A stretch of 63,713 nt of DNA, the filler included, from Stramenopiles sp. TOSAG23-2 (Eukaryota): NCBI GenBank assembly GCA_900128395.1. It is 14 parts of 14 records of this genome, joined end to end, with 100 filler letters (N's around TTAATTAATTAA, not from the genome) between each part and the next. Parts side by side here need not be neighbours in the genome. Positions count along the whole stretch, not along the records: positions 45,965 to 50,949 come from LT650759.1; positions 51,050 to 56,023 come from LT650760.1; positions 56,124 to 61,097 come from LT650761.1; 11 more parts are not named here. One strand, given 5' to 3'. The position numbers and the translations under genes were made by a program. Shown piece by piece: positions 47,854 to 58,899 of the stretch; the first letter of the stretch is position 1, and every line of letters starts with the position of its first letter. Below the pieces are notes generated by a model. The model saw only the letters and a program-made list of their open reading frames with translations. It made no database searches and was not told the origin of the DNA.

Positions 47854-49314
47854 ATGGGGGCAAATTTATCACTCGGAAAAGCTACAAATGACGTGCCATC
47901 ACACGGAAAAGAAGTAACACTTGCATTTTTACAACAGCATTGGTCAACAAACATTGTAAGCTTCAAAGTGGAGCCAGTTATGGCAGAAACACGTAAAGGT
48001 GTATTTAAGGAAGATGGTGGTGGTGCGTCTGGGCCATCCATTGTACGACTTCTTCTTACTTGGGCGGATGGTAAATTTACTGAGGAGCAACCAGAAACTT
48101 GTGTTTTAAAAACGGAGGATAATATGAAAAATCCACCATACCCAATGATTACACGCTATGTATTTCATTTATGCGAATGGATACCAGTAGAGCTACAAGC
48201 AAATGAATGCAATTGGTATGGTTTAAATGCACAAATTGCAAGAGAATACGGTTTTTCAATGCCGAAGACATATTGTGCTGTACGTAGCCATCATAAAATT
48301 AAGCGTCCGTCTGGGCGTCAAATTACTTTTCGTGATGCTAGACAAAATTTTCGTACATGTGTTATTATGGAAGATATGAATGATTATTCTTCCCCGCCAC
48401 AGCAATCAAATTTGTCAACGGAAAAACTTAATGCTGCATTGCAAAATATGGCAAAATTGCATGCAGCTTATTGGGGGAGAACAACGGAGTTTGATTGGAT
48501 TGATGGAAGCAGAAATCGTACATGTACGTGGTTGAAACATATTATTATTTCAGCAGATTCCAATTTGCCATTATTGGGAAAGCCGAAACAAACATTTCAT
48601 AAAACAACAATTGTGCAAGATGTTATTAAGGATTTTACCACCCCGGTTGGTGATAATTTGTTCAAAACATATTGTGATGGTAAAAATTGGTTTGCAGATG
48701 AAGGTGTACAAGCTGCCCTTATAGCATTTAAAGATAAACTTGCTAATGATGAAGATGCGCGTAATAAAATTTTAAATACTCCACTAGATCATCAAACCAT
48801 TAATCATGGAGATTGCCATGCATGGAACCATATGTTTTTAAATGACGATGTAAAAGAAAGTAAATCATCCTCGCCATATGTTAAAGCCGTTGACTTTGGA
48901 TTTGTTGGTGGAGGGAGACCAACGTGGGATTTGATTTATTTCTTTGCAATGTCTGTTAAAGCTGGTGATTATCAAGCTGACATGAAAGCATTGCGTCTAT
49001 ATTACGATGCATTATGTGCTGCAGGGGAGAAAAATCCAAATTTCAATCCACTTGAATATACATTTGAATTTTTTCTCTCTGAATTTTTCCGATTATGGGG
49101 AACACATTTAATAGGTACCTGTTCAAGCTCAAAAGCAGTTACCAATTCAAAATATTTGGAAAAGCAAAGGCATAAAAACGATGGCGGTAAAGGGGAAACA
49201 TTAACATTTGCAACTGTTGTAATGTATGCAAGGATACTTGAAAGAGCAGTTGATTATCACAAAAATGGCGTGTTTGATAAATTTGGGCCCGGTGTGAAAC
49301 CAGGGGATAGCTAG
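47854..49314 (+). CDS. Ecdysteroid kinase-like / APH-family small-molecule phosphotransferase
   Basis: MEDM, AKLHAAYW, HGDCHAWN, VDFG, DLIYF. Confidence 0.8.
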   Translation: MGANLSLGKATNDVPSHGKEVTLAFLQQHWSTNIVSFKVEPVMAETRKGVFKEDGGGASGPSIVRLLLTWADGKFTEEQPETCVLKTEDNMKNPPYPMITRYVFHLCEWIPVELQANECNWYGLNAQIAREYGFSMPKTYCAVRSHHKIKRPSGRQITFRDARQNFRTCVIMEDMNDYSSPPQQSNLSTEKLNAALQNMAKLHAAYWGRTTEFDWIDGSRNRTCTWLKHIIISADSNLPLLGKPKQTFHKTTIVQDVIKDFTTPVGDNLFKTYCDGKNWFADEGVQAALIAFKDKLANDEDARNKILNTPLDHQTINHGDCHAWNHMFLNDDVKESKSSSPYVKAVDFGFVGGGRPTWDLIYFFAMSVKAGDYQADMKALRLYYDALCAAGEKNPNFNPLEYTFEFFLSEFFRLWGTHLIGTCSSSKAVTNSKYLEKQRHKNDGGKGETLTFATVVMYARILERAVDYHKNGVFDKFGPGVKPGDS

Positions 49315-49604
49315 TGCGATATTATAACTATAATTAATTATAGTTAGCTCTCTACTCCGATATCAAAGATATATAATATCATACCACAGGTACCAGTATG
49401 ATATCAATAGATGTGTGATGTGTACACATTAAAATATTTTTGTGAAGGAAATTTTTAGATATTTTGAGAGTGAAAATCTGAAAAAATACGAGAGGACGGT
49501 ACTTCTTTATGTACACGTTTGTACTTCGTACGAATATAAAAAATATACAATTTTGAAACCATTTAATACGACTCCTAATATGGAGTTTATAAAAAAACAT
49601 TTTT

Positions 49605-50882
49605 TTACAATTTAGGTTTTGTTAACATCTTATTTTTTGACATAATTATTTCAATCTCATTTTGATTAAGCCCAACATGTTTCAATACTTCTGCAGTATG
49701 AAATCCTGGTATTGGAACTGGATCTCGTGTGCGATGTTTTTCACCATCAAAATCAACAGGTGGTGATACAGTAACAATTTTTTCTACACCTTCATCAATA
49801 TCCAAGCTGGAACGTGGTATTTCCGTAAATCCAGGTTGTGCCATAGGATCTTGAATTAAATCATCATAGGTTTGTACTTTCTGATACCAAAGATCATACT
49901 TATTGAAAATCTTTTCCCATTCTTCAAATGTCTTTGTCATTAACTTATCTTCAATTATTTTTTGTAATATACTATAATTAATCCTTCGGTCTTTTGCTGT
50001 GGCAAAACGTTTATCGTTTCCATCAAATCCCATATCCATACCTTGACAAAATCGTTTCCAAAATCGTTGTGAATCTGGCATGATGAAAAAAAACATTGCA
50101 TTTTTTGCCTTGTATACACCATATAATGGATTTGCCATTTTTTCACGATCAAAAGGACGGAAATCACCTTTGTTTTTTAATCTTCTTGCAAATGTATTTG
50201 AAATAGCCCACCCTTGCGTATACATACCGGCTCTTAATAAGCTTGTCTCCACAATTCGACCTTTACCAGTCATTTTTGCACTAAATAATGCGGCACAAAT
50301 ACCACCAACTGCTGCCAATGCTGTTGTATGATCACCAACACCACTACCTATGATAGGTGGATAAGTTTCGCCATTATGGCTCCCTGAATGTTGATATGCT
50401 AATGTACTACGTGCCCAAAATCCAGATCCTTCATAACCCGGTTTGTTAACATCTGGGCCTTTCCTTCCATATCCTGTCATTATTGTTGCAACGATATGTG
50501 GATGTCTTTTTAATACTTGTTCAGGTGTATATCCATATGGACCTAGTTTTTCCAACGCGCCATTCCGAAGATTTGATATATAAACATCAGACTTAGATAA
50601 AATCTTTTCAAATGCATCACAATCTATTTTATCATGTAAATCCAATATGACTGATTTTTTATTACGGTTGTCTTGATAAAATTGCGGTGAATCATCATAA
50701 TTTGATAATTTTGGAATCCCAGCTAAGATAGAGTTACCACCACGATTTTTTGCTTGTGGCTGTTCAATTTTAATAATGTTTGCACCATAATCACCTAATA
50801 AACCTGACGCTGCAGGCCCAGCAATTGCTACGCATAATTCAGCAACAGTCACACCAGTTAATGGTGGCTGGTTGTTATTCAT
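49605..50882 (-). CDS. Family III CoA-transferase (CaiB/BaiF)
   Basis: IAGPAA..LGDYGANIIKIE, NRNKKSVILDL, TGYGRKGP, GDH, GFHTAEVL. Confidence 0.9.
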   Translation of the reverse strand: MNNNQPPLTGVTVAELCVAIAGPAASGLLGDYGANIIKIEQPQAKNRGGNSILAGIPKLSNYDDSPQFYQDNRNKKSVILDLHDKIDCDAFEKILSKSDVYISNLRNGALEKLGPYGYTPEQVLKRHPHIVATIMTGYGRKGPDVNKPGYEGSGFWARSTLAYQHSGSHNGETYPPIIGSGVGDHTTALAAVGGICAALFSAKMTGKGRIVETSLLRAGMYTQGWAISNTFARRLKNKGDFRPFDREKMANPLYGVYKAKNAMFFFIMPDSQRFWKRFCQGMDMGFDGNDKRFATAKDRRINYSILQKIIEDKLMTKTFEEWEKIFNKYDLWYQKVQTYDDLIQDPMAQPGFTEIPRSSLDIDEGVEKIVTVSPPVDFDGEKHRTRDPVPIPGFHTAEVLKHVGLNQNEIEIIMSKNKMLTKPKL

Positions 50883-51548
50883 AATTTGCTTCGAAATGTT
50901 GATCCAGAGAGGAGGAGGTATCAGTTCGATCTATATATATATATCAGTANNNNNNNNNNNNNNNNNNNNNNNNNNNNNNNNNNNNNNNNNNNNTTAATTA
51001 ATTAANNNNNNNNNNNNNNNNNNNNNNNNNNNNNNNNNNNNNNNNNNNNCAAATGCTAATGATCAAGAGAGAAACGTTCGGCAACGACGAGGGTAATATA
51101 TATAAAAAATTCTCTTATTTATAAGTTAAAGATTTTATTTACTCATATTGTATATATATATTATATGTACGTAATATAATTACCAGAAATAATAATTAAA
51201 TGAAAAATATATATATATTATTCGTGGGAAAAACAGGGTGTGTGTTGGTGAGAGAATGTTTTTAGTAAAAGTTACTGGGCGGCGCATATTACTACAGTGT
51301 TGTTTTAATATTAACTTTTATGTACATGTATCATTTTTGATATTCTCTGTTATTCTTTTTTTGAAGAGTATCATATATAATATCATAAGAATTATATCAT
51401 GAGTAAATTAAAAAATATAAATTATTGCGTAAATTAAAATATACGTAATATAATAATAAAAAACATTAATTATTTACACACTCGTACCACAAACACTCAC
51501 AAACGAGTTCCAATATTATATATATACGTATGTGTACGTAAATATTTT

Positions 51549-52502
51549 TTATAATGGACTTGGTGCTGCACCACCATCAACCATAATTGCTTGTCCTGTA
51601 ATATAACTAGCAGCTGGTGATGCAACCCATGCAACATTCTCGCCGAAATTTTCAGCGGTATTAATTCTTCTTAAAGGTATAGACTTTGATGCACGTTCCA
51701 ACATTTTATCCAATGGCATCTTTGAACGTTCAGCAGCTGCACGATAATTATTTAATAGACGATCTGTCCCATGAGAACCTGGATTGACTGAATTCACGCG
51801 AATGCCTTTTGGTCCTAATTCATTAGCCATACTACGAACCATACCAACAACTGCAAGACGTATCGAATTACTTAATATTAAATTTTGTAATGGTGATTTA
51901 ATGGTATAACTTTGTATTGTTACAATACTTCCACCACCGTTTTTCTCCATACCGGGTGTAACTTTGTAACATGCTCTGACAAAACTCATAAATGTTCGTT
52001 TCAAACCATCTTCATAATCTTGTATTTTTAAAGATGCATAGTTCCCTGGTGGAGGTCCTGTTATGTAATAATAATAACAATAACAATTTGTGTTGTGTTA
52101 GATGTTAGATATATTCATTACCTGTCTCTGTCCTACGTAAAAAGATACCAATTGAGAGCAGTAAAATGTATTATATATATATATTTTTTATACAGTGTAA
52201 CTATATTACTTACCACCACAATTACTGACAAGAATATCACATCTTCCCCATTTAGCTATCATGGCATCGTAGACTTTATCAATCCCTTCTTGTTCTGTGA
52301 TATCAGCACTTAAAGCTAATATATTTTCTGGTTTTCCAGTTTTCTCTGCAATCATCTTTGCAGCTGCTTGTATGTCTTTTTCAGTTCGTGAGGAAATGCA
52401 CACGCATGCACCGTTCATGGCCAATGCCAATGCAGATGCTCGTCCTAAACCTTTTGAAGCGGCAGTGACCATGCATACTTTGTCCGTTAATCCTAAATCC
52501 AT
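51549..52502 (-). CDS. Short-chain dehydrogenase/reductase, two exons (intron 52058-52213)
   Basis: TAASKGLG; splicing restores NCGGPPPG; SNSIRLA; YITGQAIMVDGG; GTAAG donor and CAG acceptor in frame. Confidence 0.88.
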
Positions 52503-53314
52503 TTTATTGTTAAATTTATTATCGTTATTTTGTATATGTTCTTGTTCTTGTATAATCTTGATCTTTTGCATGGTTTGCTGTATCTTTCGTTTTTGATGTG
52601 GAGATGATGATATATATGATGTCAGATGTCAGAGAGAGGATGATGTGATGTGTTGATGGCTTAGCTACTGTGTATTATACCAGGTACTGAGTAATATTAA
52701 TACCTTGCGAATACCACCGGTGGTAGCACAATATTATACCAGAACACCAGAATACCAGCAGATGGTATGTTTTTACACTAGCCCGGCTAGCTCTAACTTT
52801 GTTTGTGTTATTTCACTAGCTACTGGGCTGTTGTACTTCTCTACCTCTGCTGTAAAGTTTCATTAGTCAACCCAGTAACTCTCTCCCTCTCTCTAGATCT
52901 TCTAATTCATTAGTTATGCAATTTTCATTATTAAAAAAAGCAAAAATGCAAATAATTATTAATCTCTGGTAATAACTTTTGTCGAGATGAACGAGAAAGG
53001 GGCCGATTTGCTCGTGCAGTCGTTAAGTATTTAATACAGAATCTGATCAAAAAAGGCAAAAATAAATAGAAAAATAGAAAAATAAAAGCAAAGCGTAAGC
53101 GTAAAAGCGTATATTTTGATATATTATTATATTAAATCATTAAAAATATACATTAAGCTAAATCTTCTTGTTTTGAGAGGAGTGTGGTAACAATTTTGTT
53201 CCTAGAGATACATTTTAATACATAATGTTTGAGAGATGAAAGGTGTGTTCGAGTATGGCTCGTAGTTTTAAAATTTTTAAAACACACATGGCACCATGCA
53301 TTTTCCCTTTTCTA

Positions 53315-55375
53315 CTACAACCCATCAATCTCATCAAATTCTTTTTCTAAATCAGCAAAATCCGTATCGTCAAATGCACTATCATCAAACTCATCATCAT
53401 CACCGAGTAACGCTAATTCAGCATCTAAATCTTTCAATTCATCTTCTAACGTACCAATGCCATTGCTTGTATTAACACTAATATCTGGTGATTCTATATT
53501 AGCACTAGGCGTTGTTTTGTTCAATGATGATGATTTTTCTGTTTTTTTATTTGTATGTGTTCCACTATTCATTTTTATATCATCATCAAGTTGTCTTATT
53601 TCATCACTGAATGATTCCAAACCAAGTTCTTGTTCTAATTCAGCCAATTCATCTAATGATTGATTTGATTCTTTTTCTAATTTCTTTTTTTTTAAATCGT
53701 CTTCATGCGTTTCTTTAATTATTTCTATTGTCTTTGACTTGTTGTTTGATGACGTATTTACTTTTGAATCATTATTTTGTGATAACGCTTTCGAAATTAC
53801 TGATGATGCTTTTATTGGTTTGGACTTGACATAATTATTTGATAAAGGTTTCACAGGTGATGATGATTTCTCTGGTGAAATATTTGAAATATCATCGCTT
53901 TCATCTAACATACTAAATGCATCTTTTTTACTTTTTTTCGAATCAACATTTTTATTCCTATTGTTTCTAATATTGTTGTTGCTATCGTTGATTGGCCGTT
54001 TATCTACAATGGAACGCCATCCTTTTGCCTTTGCCTGTCTTATCTTTTCTTTTCGTTTTGATATTTCCGTCCAAAATTGTGAATTGGCTCGCATCACTTC
54101 ATCATAATCACCTGTCAACACTGGTGAATCAAAATCCATTCCTAAAATATTATTTGAATCTGTTTTAGCCCGACGTCTTCTTGCGGGTTCAAAAATTAAA
54201 TCAACAAAGAAATCTACATCAAATCTTCGATCATTTGCCGCACCATCGCATTGATTTTTAGGAAGGCGTTGAATACCTTGTGGTATGTATCCTGTATGGA
54301 ATGCCGCACGAAACATTGATAATCGTTTTCCATTTTCATTAACATGGCGACATCTTACAAGTATATCTCCATCTAATACACAATCAATATTAAATGCAAA
54401 TGATCCATCACTTTGAAAATATTTTGGTATCTCTTCAACTTGGTTGGAATCACTCCAAGTGCTACTATATAATAATTTACCATTTTTAAATACTTGCAAG
54501 TAAGGTCGACATCCATCGCATTGTGGTCCTTCGATGGTATTCCCATTATTGTTATTGTTATTGCCATTATTGGAGCCTCCTCCTTCTGAATTATTATTGC
54601 TTTTTCTCTTTTTATTATTATTTTTAAAAAAACGCGGGATGGTATTTATAATAACACGTTTTAATTTAACAGGCTCAGAACGCGGCTTTACGCCATCCAT
54701 TACACTAGTGAAATATTGCACATATCGCCTTTGTGATGGTATCACCAATCTTTCCAAATTAGTACGTCTTTTATTTGCAACATGTTGCAACGCATCGATA
54801 GGTGATTCTATTTCGCCTATCCAGGATAATACGCAAGCAATCACACTTGCAGTACGACCACGTCCAGTCATACAATGGATGACAGCAACATTAGCTGTAT
54901 CTTGTGATAGCCAGCTCTCCACCGATGTACATATTTGAAACATCAATCCTAATGGTGGCGCCGGGTGGCCAGGAAATTTGTATTCTTGAACTTGATTATT
55001 AAATAACTCATAATTATATTCTTCCTCACTTAAGTTCCAAATCATATAACGGTCTTTATGACTTGTATTTAATAAATCTGAAACTTCAGTTATTGGATTT
55101 CGTCTGCCACGTCTCGTAGCCTCGTCTGATTCTTGTGGAAATCCCATGGCAATAATTCGTGGAGTAACATATGTAACATCTAATCCATTTACTAAATGAT
55201 CGCCATTAGATCCATCTGGAATACCACTAACCATTGACTCTTCTAAACTATTCATTTGTTTTTGTAAGTTATCTAAATTAAACTGCGAAGTATCAACATT
55301 TTCCACAACTGTTTTAATTTTTTCCGCAGCAGTATTTGCAGCTTGTGTTATATTCGTTTTCAAATAATTAAACAT
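53315..55375 (-). CDS. PTEN/tensin-type phosphatase with C2 domain
   Basis: LDVTYVTPRIIAMGFP, HCMTGRGRT, PSQRRYVQY, MFRAAFHTGYI. Confidence 0.88.
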   Translation of the reverse strand: MFNYLKTNITQAANTAAEKIKTVVENVDTSQFNLDNLQKQMNSLEESMVSGIPDGSNGDHLVNGLDVTYVTPRIIAMGFPQESDEATRRGRRNPITEVSDLLNTSHKDRYMIWNLSEEEYNYELFNNQVQEYKFPGHPAPPLGLMFQICTSVESWLSQDTANVAVIHCMTGRGRTASVIACVLSWIGEIESPIDALQHVANKRRTNLERLVIPSQRRYVQYFTSVMDGVKPRSEPVKLKRVIINTIPRFFKNNNKKRKSNNNSEGGGSNNGNNNNNNGNTIEGPQCDGCRPYLQVFKNGKLLYSSTWSDSNQVEEIPKYFQSDGSFAFNIDCVLDGDILVRCRHVNENGKRLSMFRAAFHTGYIPQGIQRLPKNQCDGAANDRRFDVDFFVDLIFEPARRRRAKTDSNNILGMDFDSPVLTGDYDEVMRANSQFWTEISKRKEKIRQAKAKGWRSIVDKRPINDSNNNIRNNRNKNVDSKKSKKDAFSMLDESDDISNISPEKSSSPVKPLSNNYVKSKPIKASSVISKALSQNNDSKVNTSSNNKSKTIEIIKETHEDDLKKKKLEKESNQSLDELAELEQELGLESFSDEIRQLDDDIKMNSGTHTNKKTEKSSSLNKTTPSANIESPDISVNTSNGIGTLEDELKDLDAELALLGDDDEFDDSAFDDTDFADLEKEFDEIDGL

Positions 55376-55889
55376 TTTGTATATATTAAAATTTTAATGG
55401 TAGATATTATTTGATGATAATGATATGGAATTGGATGTTGTACGTATTATATATATATGTACACACACACACACACACGCACATAGTATTATTACTTTTT
55501 CTTTCATCAATTTACAGTCGTAAATAATATAATTACAGTATTTTAATGATGATGTGATGCATCTTGAAAAAAATTGGGAGAGTTATTAAGGATCTCACCT
55601 GAGCACATTTTGCACCATCACAATGATGTATGCCTGCTGGGCCTGCTCCGGATAGCTGGCCTTGGCTGGATAGCTGTTATATCATAGCTAACATTTTTTT
55701 TTTTATTCGTCGTCTTCATTCTTCTTTCTTCATGTGTTGTTGTTTATTACAGTATTGATTTAATTTTCGTTTGCCCAAAATACATATTATAAATACTATC
55801 GGATATATCGGACAATAGAATAAGATCAAGAATATCAACCTATAATAATCTGTACAAAACCATCAACATTAAAATCATAATCAATCGAA

Positions 55890-56023
55890 ATGTCTCAAGA
55901 TAATGACTATTTAAAAAAGCAAACCCAACGCTTTAATAGAAATACGAAAAAAATGAAGAGGAAAATGAAAGAAAGGCATGAAAAACAATTAAGAATATTC
56001 TTACAAAGACAATTAGGAGATGC
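55890..56023 (+). CDS. Hypothetical protein, N-terminal fragment
   Basis: ORF runs into the gap. Confidence 0.35.
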
Positions 56024-56125
56024 NNNNNNNNNNNNNNNNNNNNNNNNNNNNNNNNNNNNNNNNNNNNTTAATTAATTAANNNNNNNNNNNNNNNNNNNNN
56101 NNNNNNNNNNNNNNNNNNNNNNNGT

Positions 56126-58321
56126 AATATATCAACTTCACATAATAATAATAATAATAATAATAATTTCACAAAGGGCATTTCTTCTTCATCCAAAGAC
56201 TTTATTAAGAATTATAATAATAATAATTTTCAACACGGCTATGAGAATTGTAATAATAAATTATACAAACATCAATATCAATATTATCATAAACAACAAC
56301 CATTTTTATTTAAAATACATAATAGGACATTTGTAACTGAAGAGAAACAAAGAGAAGATACGAAAAAAAAAGATAAAAAGAAAGATAGCGACGACGAGGA
56401 GGAAAAACCAGCTGAAGGTGGATTTTTTTCCACAATATTTTCTGAAATTAAACAGGAATTAGATAAGAATGAAGATTTGAAAGAAAATTTGGATAAACTA
56501 TCAAAGTTAAAAGAGGATACCGAGAAAAAAGCAAATGAATATAAACCTCAAAACAAAGTAGCACAAGAAAAAGCTGAAGAAGCAGCGAAAGAAGCACAAA
56601 AAAAAGCTACGGAAGCAGCAGAGGCAGCTAAAAAAAAATCGGAAGATATGTATAAACAAGCAGAAAGTATGAAAGATTCTTTTAGCAAGCGATTTAAAAA
56701 TATTACTGATACTATCAATGAAAAAGCAGAAAAAATAGAGGAAGATAGTGATTCCGTACGGGAAGCGAAAAAAAAAGCATTCGAAGCAGCTGAAAAAGCT
56801 AAGAAAGAAGCGGAGAAAATTACTAGTACATCATCTTTTCAAAATATAGCTGGTACGTTTCAAGAAGTCATAAAGGAAGGCAAAGATGATTTATTTGGTG
56901 CGGACAAGGAAACTCGTAAAGCAAAACGTGATAGTAGGAAAAAAATGCGTGAAAGGCGTGCGGAGCGAAGAGATGCTAGAAGAGAGAAAGAACGTTTAGC
57001 AAAAGAAGCAGCTATAAAAAAAGAACAGGGGGAAGAACCGGATGATGCAGATGGGGCGGATGGTGGTAATGCAAAAAGTGGTGCAGCTGCAGAATGGGCT
57101 GAAGCAGTGGACGAAGAATCTGGTGATATATATTATTATAATATTAAATCAGGTGAAACAACATGGGAACAGCCGGAAGGATATGGTGCCAGTGATGGCG
57201 ATAACGAAGCAACTGGTGGTAATGATGATGATAGTGATACAACTAGTAATGATGATAACGAAGGAGATCAAGATAATGAAGATGCGGAAGATACATATCC
57301 TGTAATTGATGAAGCAGAAGCTAAGGCATATTTTGACGGGTTTGATACCGCTGGCAATGGTGTTATAGGTGAAGAACAATTTGATGATTTAGTAGATTTA
57401 ATTCATGAAGGACGACCTGACTTAGCTATTCCGCAGGACAGAGTTGAAGTACTTGGTGCACTGGAAGTTATGGATCCAGATGCTAAAGGTACTGTTAAAT
57501 TGGAAAATTATTTACAATGGATTGAAGCATATACGGCATCAGGTGGTAAATCACATGGAGAGCAAATTGGTGGTGGTGCCATTATATTACGTGGGGATAT
57601 TGAAACGGCATGGCAACGTGTTGGTGAACGTCTACGAAAGGCCCCGTTGATTGATGATATTTTAGGTGCATCTGAATTTGCTGGTAGACAGTTTGAAGAC
57701 ACTGAACTTGGTAAAAGTACTCGTAATGTGCGTGACCGTGTGTCAAATCTCCGGGAAGATGCATTGGAAACGTGGGAAACTAGTCAAAATCCATGGGTAT
57801 ACCGCTTTGCATCTGCTTATGATGGACTTACTGGCGAGACTGAACAAGGACAAGCTATGAAAGAATTAAGACGGTTGGATCCATCATGGGATTTATTGGA
57901 ATGGTTGGAAGAAGTCCAGGATGAAATTGCACCTGCATTATTGAAAGGTTATTTAGAAGGTGATAATGAGATTATTGATTATTATTGTGTTGATCAAGCT
58001 GCCGCTGTCATTAAAGCTACTAATAAAGATAATAAATTAGCAGGAAAAATACCTGATAATAATATATTAGATTTACGTGGTGTAGAGTTATTAGCAGCAC
58101 GAGTTTTACAAAGGGCGCCACCTATTTTGGTAGTTAAATTTAATGCGCAACAATTAGATTGTGTACGTAATAATAAAGGCGAAATCGTGGAAGGAAGTGA
58201 TGATCAAGTTTCAAACAATTTTTACTATGCAGCTATGCAACGAAATTGGGATGAAGAAGCTGAGGAATTACGATGGAATGTTTTGGAATTTCAGGTAATT
58301 GGTAAACTGCCATGGAATTAG
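56126..58321 (+). CDS. TIM44: Tim44-like mitochondrial import protein with WW and EF-hand inserts (5'-truncated)
   Basis: Tim44 C-domain (DPSWDL, PILVVKFNAQQLDCVRNNKGEIVEG); WW domain (W..GDIYYYN..GETTWEQP); two EF-like loops; frame open to the contig edge. Confidence 0.82.
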   Translation, partial: NISTSHNNNNNNNNFTKGISSSSKDFIKNYNNNNFQHGYENCNNKLYKHQYQYYHKQQPFLFKIHNRTFVTEEKQREDTKKKDKKKDSDDEEEKPAEGGFFSTIFSEIKQELDKNEDLKENLDKLSKLKEDTEKKANEYKPQNKVAQEKAEEAAKEAQKKATEAAEAAKKKSEDMYKQAESMKDSFSKRFKNITDTINEKAEKIEEDSDSVREAKKKAFEAAEKAKKEAEKITSTSSFQNIAGTFQEVIKEGKDDLFGADKETRKAKRDSRKKMRERRAERRDARREKERLAKEAAIKKEQGEEPDDADGADGGNAKSGAAAEWAEAVDEESGDIYYYNIKSGETTWEQPEGYGASDGDNEATGGNDDDSDTTSNDDNEGDQDNEDAEDTYPVIDEAEAKAYFDGFDTAGNGVIGEEQFDDLVDLIHEGRPDLAIPQDRVEVLGALEVMDPDAKGTVKLENYLQWIEAYTASGGKSHGEQIGGGAIILRGDIETAWQRVGERLRKAPLIDDILGASEFAGRQFEDTELGKSTRNVRDRVSNLREDALETWETSQNPWVYRFASAYDGLTGETEQGQAMKELRRLDPSWDLLEWLEEVQDEIAPALLKGYLEGDNEIIDYYCVDQAAAVIKATNKDNKLAGKIPDNNILDLRGVELLAARVLQRAPPILVVKFNAQQLDCVRNNKGEIVEGSDDQVSNNFYYAAMQRNWDEEAEELRWNVLEFQVIGKLPWN

Positions 58322-58899
58322 AAAAATAAAAATAAAACGACACGAGAAGAGCCAATTATGAGAGAAACATGTGTGTGTGTTACACATTAAAACCACATAT
58401 TCCACCAAATATTTTTTAAAATACGAGTATCATTTATCTTGTTTTTATTTTATTTTTATAAAATATTAAATTATAATTTTAATTAATATAAAAAATTTTC
58501 TCTTACTCATGTATTTTATATTTTTAAACAAAAAATTTTTATATATATATATTGCTAAAATCAAATTTGCAAAGATCTCGAACATCATGTGTACATATAA
58601 TTATATAATATATTATATAATTATATGTACACATGATGTTCGAGATCTTTGCAAATTTGATTTTAGCAATATATATATATAAAAATTTTTTGTTTAAAAA
58701 TATAAAATACATGAGTAAGAGAAAATTTTTTATATTAATTAAAATTATAATTTAATATTTTATAAAAATAAAATAAAAACAAGATAAATGATACTCGTAT
58801 TTTAAAAAATATTTGGTGGAATATGTGGTTTTAATGTGTAACACACACACATGTTTCTCTCATAATTGGCTCATCTGATGTCGTTTTATTTTTATTTTT

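Noticed and set aside
46070-50882. ArsA-like ATPase, kinase and CoA-transferase as a bacterial operon or arsenic resistance locus
   Set aside because: The ATPase is single-domain eukaryotic GET3; orientations are mixed and the intergenic DNA is host-like
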